Shown piece after piece: positions 54,032 to 60,442 of a DNA stretch of 60,442 nt. Made by a program: the position numbers and the translations under genes. The notes below the pieces were generated by a model, which was not told the DNA's origin, made no database searches, and saw only the letters and a list, made by a program, of their open reading frames with translations. Numbering within the stretch: position 1 is the stretch's first letter; each line of letters begins with the position of its first letter. Source of the DNA: a virus (lineage: Duplodnaviria; Caudoviricetes); the IMG/VR virus record IMGVR_UViG_3300021376_002324, positions 1 through 60,442 of that record. One strand, 5' to 3'.

Positions 54032-55522
54032 TTATAATTTTGGTGATGGTTGACATCCTCCACAGGTGTTATCATAACAATAGTTTCCACAGAATGACCA
54101 AGGACACCAACAACCGTTGTGCATAACAGTAAAATCACCATCACCAATATCAACTAAAAATAAATCTGATGGTTCAAAATCTAATCCGTAAATGGTCATA
54201 TTTGCATGTTCCATTTGTAAATTGGTTATTTCTAATGTTGTGAGTTCTTGTGTGTTTGAATCGGTGATTACTAATTTATCACCAACATACATTTGGTTTA
54301 ATTTTTCAAACTTTGTTGATAATGAACCTGATTCCTCTATATAGTACGTACATGACGGCGAATCAACCCAAGATTTACCGTCGGCGGTTGTTACTCTAAT
54401 ATAAATCGTATCAATTGATGCGGATGTAATTGTTTGTAAAGATGATGAAACTTGAGTAAGTGTTTGATTACTTTTTGATAAAGTACTGTCCCAACCTAAT
54501 ACGTCCATTTTACCCTCTTCAAAATTTGCGGCATGATTATCGTTAAAATCAATAAAGTCTATCGATCTTATATAGTCACCAATTTGAATTGTATTTACAT
54601 CTTTTAATGAACCGGTATAATCTAAAATCACAGAGTCTTCATCGGTATGATAATTATTTACCGGATGTTTTTCTTTAATACCCACCTCTTTTGTTATAAA
54701 TCTATGTCTACTTTTTCTATTTAATATTGTAGTTCCCTCGATAAATTCATTATTAAAGAAATTAACAGGTACAACAGTGGATTGTTTATATCCACCAAGA
54801 TTTATTACATCTAGATTTGAACCATATACAATGTCGATACCTCTTATTATTGCATATTTTCCGTCCACCAAATTATCATTTGAAAAAATAAATTCTTGTA
54901 TCAAATAATCCTCTGGTAAATTTGTTTTTAAATCATTTAACTGAGATGAATTCGATAAAACATGTATTTCAGGGTATAGAGATAAATCGTAATTTGGTAT
55001 TCTTGATTTTATAATTGCATTAGGATTTTGAGACTGGTAGTCAACGTTAGTTAAAGTGTCTACGTTTCCGTTAGATGAGACAAAATATGTATTTGGGACG
55101 TATGTACTTCCACTCATTAATGAAAAAAATCCAAATTTATCTGCACAGTAAGTATCATCAATAAGTGCGGTCGTATCATATGACTGTCTCAAAATAAACT
55201 TGTTGGGGGCATCTTCAATAAACGGTACTGTAACAGAATTAATAGGAACAGGATATTCATTGAACGATATGTTGTTTTCCACACATTTTTCTTGTAATTT
55301 TTGTTTAAAAACAAACGGACCATTTATTGGTGTATATGACTCTAGTTCGTTATAAATAAAATGAAATTCTGTTATGTTTAAAGAATTTAATGTATTAAAT
55401 AACACGTCATAATCGAGAAACGACGCCCCGTCAGAATATATCGTTGTATTTGTGTTTGTCTCTAATATCTTAACGTCTCCGTTAATTTCTAATAAATCGG
55501 TACCTAGAATTACACCTCTCAT
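54032..55522 (-). CDS. Circularly permuted ATP-grasp-like domain + Hint domain + C-terminal Cys-rich peptide
   Basis: GTDLL...KILETNTN, YVPNTY, AIIKS, LIQEFI; Hint blocks SLKDVNTIQIGDYIRS and IYGLDFEPSDLFLV...VMHN; tail GCWCPWSFCGNYCYDNTCGGCQPSPKL. Confidence 0.7.
   Translation of the reverse strand: MRGVILGTDLLEINGDVKILETNTNTTIYSDGASFLDYDVLFNTLNSLNITEFHFIYNELESYTPINGPFVFKQKLQEKCVENNISFNEYPVPINSVTVPFIEDAPNKFILRQSYDTTALIDDTYCADKFGFFSLMSGSTYVPNTYFVSSNGNVDTLTNVDYQSQNPNAIIKSRIPNYDLSLYPEIHVLSNSSQLNDLKTNLPEDYLIQEFIFSNDNLVDGKYAIIRGIDIVYGSNLDVINLGGYKQSTVVPVNFFNNEFIEGTTILNRKSRHRFITKEVGIKEKHPVNNYHTDEDSVILDYTGSLKDVNTIQIGDYIRSIDFIDFNDNHAANFEEGKMDVLGWDSTLSKSNQTLTQVSSSLQTITSASIDTIYIRVTTADGKSWVDSPSCTYYIEESGSLSTKFEKLNQMYVGDKLVITDSNTQELTTLEITNLQMEHANMTIYGLDFEPSDLFLVDIGDGDFTVMHNGCWCPWSFCGNYCYDNTCGGCQPSPKL
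54116..54649 (-). other. Hint (intein-like) domain, about aa 292-469, predicted C-terminal cleavage only
   Basis: Terminal His-Asn retained; position 1 aligns to His instead of Cys; block B TxxH absent; +1 residue is Gly. Confidence 0.7.
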
Positions 55523-55544
55523 TTTTTAATTTAGTTTTACATTA

Positions 55545-55551
55545 ATAAATA
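55545..55551 (-). promoter_or_regulatory. TATTTAT putative late promoter of the Hint-precursor gene
   Basis: Same motif as upstream of the tail fibre gene. Confidence 0.45.
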
Positions 55552-55611
55552 TAACCAAATATAAAAACTTTCTAAATAGTTTTTTAAATTTTTATATATG
55601 TATATATCTAT

Positions 55612-55902
55612 TTAAATTATCGTTTTATTGTTTTTATTCTCCAATTTTTCAATAAATTTTACATCCACTTCCTTCCATTTTTTTATTGGACATGAATTAT
55701 AAAATTTTGAGTATACCTTTTTACTTAGTGGACAACCGCATAGTTTGCAAATTTCGGACCATCTATTGTTTTTAAATAGTTCTTTTCTATGTTCACAACC
55801 TTCACAAATATTTAATCTTTTTTGAGCCAATATCTTTTCATCAGTACTTGGATTAATATAAGTAACCCAAGCATCAAATATTTCCTTAAAATTAGGTATC
55901 AT
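55612..55902 (-). CDS. Small Cys-rich metal-binding protein
   Basis: RLNICEGC...CKLCGC...CPIKKW. Confidence 0.65.
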   Translation of the reverse strand: MIPNFKEIFDAWVTYINPSTDEKILAQKRLNICEGCEHRKELFKNNRWSEICKLCGCPLSKKVYSKFYNSCPIKKWKEVDVKFIEKLENKNNKTII

Positions 55903-56660
55903 ATTAGTGTTTTTTTATTTTTTGGCAAGTCATAGTAGTCATAAATACTATTATATTTATTTTTAAATTCATCATTTAACTCTAAATTAACTTTAATATC
56001 TGAACGTGAATTTACGTGTTTTAATATAAATTTTTTACCAGTTATATTTGAAACCCAGTCTTGTAATTTAGAGATTTCATCAATATTAAACCATGTTATA
56101 TTTTCATCATTATTATGCCAAATAGATTTTGGTGTAATTAGTATATTAAATATATTAATAAGATAACATTCGCGATTTAATCGAGTTGTCCTTGGTGGTA
56201 TCCTAACATATTTTTCTATAAAACCATTTTTTATCATATATTCATTTATAACCTTCCACCGTTTATCAATATTTGTTAAATCATTGGAATTAAAAAAGAA
56301 TAATTCATCTATTGATATTTTGGATAACCAATCTGATATATTATCCCACCCGGTTCGTTTGAGGTCAAAAACGACATGCTTGTATAATGAAAAGAAAGAA
56401 TCATGCCTATCCCTATTCACTGCAATTACTGGTAAGTGATTTCCAAATTTTTCTTTTAAATCCATAAGTGATTCATGCCCATGTGCTATTAAATCCATTA
56501 TTTTAGATTCGTCTATATTTTTAAAATCAATTGAATCATTGTGTTCATCCCAAATGTTCAAATTTTTAACATCTAATCCACTAAGTATACATGAATAATG
56601 AAATGAAGTGGAACCACATCTAGGTAAAGAAACATATAAAAATTTATTATCTACTAACAT
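55899..56660 (-). CDS. Sulfotransferase-family protein
   Basis: FLYVSLPRCGSTS 5'-PSB loop; R...SFFSLY; HVN. Confidence 0.65.
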   Translation of the reverse strand: MLVDNKFLYVSLPRCGSTSFHYSCILSGLDVKNLNIWDEHNDSIDFKNIDESKIMDLIAHGHESLMDLKEKFGNHLPVIAVNRDRHDSFFSLYKHVVFDLKRTGWDNISDWLSKISIDELFFFNSNDLTNIDKRWKVINEYMIKNGFIEKYVRIPPRTTRLNRECYLINIFNILITPKSIWHNNDENITWFNIDEISKLQDWVSNITGKKFILKHVNSRSDIKVNLELNDEFKNKYNSIYDYYDLPKNKKTLI

Positions 56661-57283
56661 TAAACTAAACTTTTAAATTCATTTTTAACCTTGGCCGCGA
56701 AATTAAAATTTATAATAAATCTGTCTTCGGATATTGGGTAATTTGCATGATGTGCAAACCTTCCATCAAAAACCAAACAACGTCCTTTTTTTGGTGATAC
56801 TTTAGTTAACAACTCATATGAATTTAAATCAACTTTGTTAAAGTTTCCCCGATATGTTTCTGCGTTATTACCAAATTTATTATTATATATATGTGTGTCT
56901 CCTGTTGAATCGTTTATATAATAAACCACAGCTATATGTTCAGTAATTCTATCATAGTGTAATAAATCCATTGGGTTATATTCATGATTTAGTGGTTCCG
57001 TCCAATTTATTTTCCATCTATAATTTTTTACGAATTCCAAATCAAGTTTTTTACTTACTATAATTTGTATATTATCTATTAAACTTCTTATACTATCGTT
57101 TTTACAAGACATCTGAGGATGTACCTTGGCGGGGAAAAGATGAGTTTCTTTTTTTCCACCGTATTCACCGGTTATATTTTTCAAATCTTCCCACCTTATT
57201 GTTTCATCTTTAACATAATTGTAAATTACATCCTGTTCTTCTTTCGATAGTATGTCATCAAATACGTAATAATTGTGTTTCAT
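56660..57283 (-). CDS. 2OG-Fe(II) oxygenase
   Basis: HYD, YYINDSTGDT, PKKGR..FDG...HH, RFIINFN. Confidence 0.8.
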   Translation of the reverse strand: MKHNYYVFDDILSKEEQDVIYNYVKDETIRWEDLKNITGEYGGKKETHLFPAKVHPQMSCKNDSIRSLIDNIQIIVSKKLDLEFVKNYRWKINWTEPLNHEYNPMDLLHYDRITEHIAVVYYINDSTGDTHIYNNKFGNNAETYRGNFNKVDLNSYELLTKVSPKKGRCLVFDGRFAHHANYPISEDRFIINFNFAAKVKNEFKSLV

Positions 57284-57287
57284 ATTT

Positions 57288-57947
57288 TTAAATAAAACTT
57301 TTTTCTTTTTTTATAAATTCAAAACCCACATTACCCGCCATAACTACTCTATCTATAGTTGCTTTTGGTGCATTATTTGGTGCATGTGGTATCGACCCTG
57401 GCATTATTATAAGTTCGTCTTCTTTTGGTCTTATAAAATATTCTTTATCGTTCCAACCTTTTATATATAAAACACCATCTTCATTTTCCATTACATCTGG
57501 CATTTGTATATAATAAACAAAAGTGTAATTTGGATAGAATTTTTTTTGGCTTTGGTTTATTTCAGTATGCGTATGAAATTTATCAACACCTTTTATTTCT
57601 TCATGTTTAAATTGAATTTGTATGGGATTTTTTGACCTTACTATGTTTATCCAAGCATCCGTATTTATTTTATTAAATTCTTTTTTTACATCATTTTCAT
57701 AAATTTCTTTACAGGCGTTTATACCTTCTTGATGAATTAAGTCTAAATTATTTTTAATGTCAATTTTACCTATAAAATTAATGTTTTGTTTCCACTCCTC
57801 TCTGTATCCGTAACCGTCTGTTTTAACGGTATCTTTTTTCGAATCTACTACAATATAAGACTCTCTTAATATTTCACTTTTTAATTTTACTAAATCCAAA
57901 GATTTAATCCAAATATATGTTTTATCATCAAAAAATATTTTTTTCAT
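57288..57947 (-). CDS. 2OG-Fe(II) oxygenase-like protein
   Basis: HTH, FVYYIQMP, PH, RVVMAGN. Confidence 0.7.
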   Translation of the reverse strand: MKKIFFDDKTYIWIKSLDLVKLKSEILRESYIVVDSKKDTVKTDGYGYREEWKQNINFIGKIDIKNNLDLIHQEGINACKEIYENDVKKEFNKINTDAWINIVRSKNPIQIQFKHEEIKGVDKFHTHTEINQSQKKFYPNYTFVYYIQMPDVMENEDGVLYIKGWNDKEYFIRPKEDELIIMPGSIPHAPNNAPKATIDRVVMAGNVGFEFIKKEKSFI

Positions 57948-59200
57948 TATATTAAACTTTTTGATATTCCTTTTTTATTTTTTTTAAATATGGTATTATA
58001 ATTCTGTACAAAAAATGTCAACTCATTCTCTTTCCAATCATATAGTTCAAATGCACTTATTAAATCGGTATCATTTGTAACCGAAATTTTATTTGTTTCA
58101 TCTAAAATTAATTTTAATTTATTTGGTATCGGTGCGTTATATGCGTCTTTCCAAAATGGTGTGTTCATTCTTTCATTTAAATAATGATATCGAATAAACA
58201 TCATGTTTTGCTCATTTGTTTCTCTACATATTTTATTAAACGTGTCTTTATATGACACATCAAAATTATTATCGATTAATCTTTTCAATTGTATAATAGT
58301 CGACATAAGTGAAGTTGCCTCCAATGGTTCTAAAAAACCATATGATAAACCAATAGAAATACTATTGCCTATCCAACTTCTCGTATGTGTTCCTGCTTTA
58401 AAATCAAATACCTTTTCTGTTTTTATTTCGTGTCCTAAGTATTCTTCAATTTCTTTTTTAGCGTCTTCAACAGATGTATATGAATCGTTAAAAACATAAC
58501 CACACCCCCAACGATGTTTTAATGGTATTTGAAACATCCAACCCGATTTCATAGCATGCATATAAGTATGTGTGAGGTCTTTATTTGTCAATTGTTTTGT
58601 TTGTGGTAAAAAGTAACCAAGTGCTTTATTGAGTAGTAGATATTTTGAATAATCTATCCATTCCTCTTTATGTACCCCTTGAATTATTAATCTAGCAAAA
58701 CCACTACAATCAAATATAAAATCTAAATTAATTACGGTTCCGTCTGTTAATTCGATATTATCTATATTTTCTGACGTATGATTTATTTTTTTAACTTGTC
58801 CATCTACCCATTTAACCCCCCTATCTATTGCGGTTTTTTTAAAATATTCAGAAACACGTCTGGCATCAAAATGAAACGCGGAATATTTTCTTATGTCATT
58901 TGTTTGTTTATTGATTTGATGAAATAGATGTTCGGATTGACTACCGACATGTGTCCAATTTATCAGTTTAATTCCATCTTTTGTTGTTGATCCTGTTTTT
59001 TTCGTAAAATCTTCAATGTTAATGTCTAATAATTTCAAAAACAAACCAAAATTAGAGGTTCCTCCTTCTCCTGCACCTAATATTCCAATTTTAGAACTTT
59101 CAACTAGAGTGACATCCACATTTAACCAATATTTTTGTACAGATAATGCCGTTGCCCATCCAGCAGTACCACCACCAATTATGATTACTCTTTTATTCAT
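57947..59200 (-). CDS. Flavin-dependent (tryptophan halogenase family) halogenase
   Basis: GGGTAGW, GAGEG, conserved Lys in TTKDGI, HFDA, DCSGF, GWMFQIP, GFLEPLEAT; start refined to 59200. Confidence 0.88.
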   Translation of the reverse strand: MNKRVIIIGGGTAGWATALSVQKYWLNVDVTLVESSKIGILGAGEGGTSNFGLFLKLLDINIEDFTKKTGSTTKDGIKLINWTHVGSQSEHLFHQINKQTNDIRKYSAFHFDARRVSEYFKKTAIDRGVKWVDGQVKKINHTSENIDNIELTDGTVINLDFIFDCSGFARLIIQGVHKEEWIDYSKYLLLNKALGYFLPQTKQLTNKDLTHTYMHAMKSGWMFQIPLKHRWGCGYVFNDSYTSVEDAKKEIEEYLGHEIKTEKVFDFKAGTHTRSWIGNSISIGLSYGFLEPLEATSLMSTIIQLKRLIDNNFDVSYKDTFNKICRETNEQNMMFIRYHYLNERMNTPFWKDAYNAPIPNKLKLILDETNKISVTNDTDLISAFELYDWKENELTFFVQNYNTIFKKNKKGISKSLI

Positions 59201-59757
59201 ATTAAAGTGTTTACAAAATTTTCTTTTGGTTCTAATTGAATCCAATTAACTAAAGAATATCTGACCCCTTCGGTCACTGGTGTTACTCTATGTAATAAAT
59301 TAGAGTAAAATATAAATAAATTACCAATACCTTTTTGTAATTTTACTATATTTTTCTTCCCACTATCTATGCTTATTTCTAAACAACCTCCTTCATATTC
59401 ATCATTCAATTGTAAAACTATTGATACGAATCTATTTTTATAATTATCTGATGAGTCGGTGTGCCAGTTATAAAATTCACCAACCTTATATTCTGTAAAT
59501 TGATACGGTCCTAATCCCGTAACTTTAAAACCTTTAACTTTTATTAGTTCTTCTAATTTAGTTTTAATTTTATCATCTAAAATTTCAATGTTATCTATAA
59601 ACCCAACCGAAGACTTTCTTGCAAGTTCAGAGGATACATCAACCCCATCAATAGTTACTTCCGCCTTTTTTAATTTTAATTCTAATTTATATTTTTCTAA
59701 AATGTAGGAAGATTCTTCAACCGTTAGAAAATTATTAATAATCCAAAATCTGTCCAT
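59197..59757 (-). CDS. 2OG-Fe(II) oxygenase (P4H/PKHD-like)
   Basis: WHTD, YEGG, HRVTPVTEGVRYSLVNW. Confidence 0.88.
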   Translation of the reverse strand: MDRFWIINNFLTVEESSYILEKYKLELKLKKAEVTIDGVDVSSELARKSSVGFIDNIEILDDKIKTKLEELIKVKGFKVTGLGPYQFTEYKVGEFYNWHTDSSDNYKNRFVSIVLQLNDEYEGGCLEISIDSGKKNIVKLQKGIGNLFIFYSNLLHRVTPVTEGVRYSLVNWIQLEPKENFVNTLI

Positions 59758-60327
59758 TTAAATAAGTGTTTTAGATTTTATTGATGTAGGCCACGCATTT
59801 ATAGAATACCTATTTCCTAATTCTATTACGTCAACAAAGTGGGATATATTAGAATCAAATAAAAAAATACTACCTCTTTTTTTTGGTAGAGTATTTTCAA
59901 CTCCATCAATTAAATATTTAACATATCCACCTTCATAATTATCATTTAATTGAAGAATAATTGTAATTGTTGCCCCACCCATTATTTCATGTTTATCCTC
60001 ATGCCAATTTAAAAAATCACCATTAGAATATTTGTTAAAAGAATATTTTAGAACATTTTCATATTTTATAGATTTAAATGGTGTTGTGTTATTTGAAATA
60101 TTAATTATTTTATTTGTTAAACTAATAATAAATTCATCCTCTAATGTTTCGTTAATAAAATAACAACCTTTTCTTTTATTACCAACATACTCTAAATTTT
60201 GATTTATTATTTTTTCATTCAAAAATTTAGAAGACTTCATATCAATGAGATTTTTTGATTCACCTAATTTAATTAGATAATCACATTCTTCTTTTGATAA
60301 AAATTCCTCTATAAATTTTGTAAACAT
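59758..60327 (-). CDS. 2OG-Fe(II) oxygenase (P4H/PKHD-like)
   Basis: WHED, YEGG, HFV...GNRYSINAW. Confidence 0.85.
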   Translation of the reverse strand: MFTKFIEEFLSKEECDYLIKLGESKNLIDMKSSKFLNEKIINQNLEYVGNKRKGCYFINETLEDEFIISLTNKIINISNNTTPFKSIKYENVLKYSFNKYSNGDFLNWHEDKHEIMGGATITIILQLNDNYEGGYVKYLIDGVENTLPKKRGSIFLFDSNISHFVDVIELGNRYSINAWPTSIKSKTLI

Positions 60328-60442
60328 TACATTTTATTTTTTAAACCATACTTAATCCAATTATACCAAACTCTTTCATGTAAAAAGTATATCAATGGTT
60401 TAATTACAAGTTCCCCTAAACCAACCATTCCTGCCCACTTCA
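60327..60442 (-). CDS. 3' part of a DUF2061-like membrane protein (truncated by window edge)
   Basis: Manual translation ...GELVIKPLIYFLHERVWYNWIKYGLKNKM*. Confidence 0.6.
   Translation of the reverse strand, partial: KWAGMVGLGELVIKPLIYFLHERVWYNWIKYGLKNKM

Noticed and set aside
54116-54649. Canonical selfish intein
   Set aside because: No N-terminal Cys/Ser, +1 is Gly, no endonuclease, and it does not interrupt a conserved enzyme core.
59201-59245. N-terminal extension of the halogenase ORF
   Set aside because: It overlaps the upstream oxygenase; the Rossmann motif starts right after ATG 59200 (ATGA coupling).
2467-59249. Numerous short antisense or alternative-frame ORFs in the track (e.g. 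2467, 4714, 15226, 36623, 45309, 58203)
   Set aside because: They overlap well-supported genes and have no recognisable motifs.
1-60442. Alternative genetic code (stop recoding) as in some large phages
   Set aside because: Code 11 gives dense full-length genes, and TAA, TAG and TGA all act as stops.

Overview
AT-rich (roughly 30% GC by eye), densely packed, mostly minus-strand segment of a large tailed phage genome. The host is most likely Bacteroidota, because repeated TTTG-N18-20-TAnnTTTG promoters are present. Code 11 reads normally, and I saw no tRNA, rRNA, CRISPR array or transposase. The first 34 kb holds accessory and metabolic genes: thyA, three DNA methyltransferases, DEDDh exonuclease, ferredoxin, IscA, RmlC, a SAM-decarboxylase-like protein, HAD phosphatases, a stand-alone DnaA domain IV, an M23/peptidoglycan-binding lysin, PcfJ-like proteins and five GDS-motif SGNH-like paralogs (a sixth is at 53026). 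From 34 to 51 kb a glycosylation island (GT4/GT2 enzymes, epimerase, glf, a TibC-like heptosyltransferase, methyltransferases) surrounds a tail fibre with (Gly-Ser/Thr-Ser)n collagen-like tracts and an S74 chaperone. From 51 to 60 kb a tailoring-enzyme cluster (radical SAM, two sulfotransferases, five 2OG-Fe(II) oxygenases, flavin halogenase, SGNH protein) surrounds the best novelty candidate. This is a 496-aa protein with a circularly permuted ATP-grasp-like domain and a Hint domain that appears able to cleave only at its C-terminus, followed by a 27-aa six-Cys, two-Trp peptide. It may be a self-releasing RiPP-like precursor. All 11 annotated neighbouring proteins in that cluster, plus several distant SGNH/GT-like proteins, end in a similar K-T/S-L-I-type C-terminal tag. 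All calls come from motif recognition by eye; no database searches were run.
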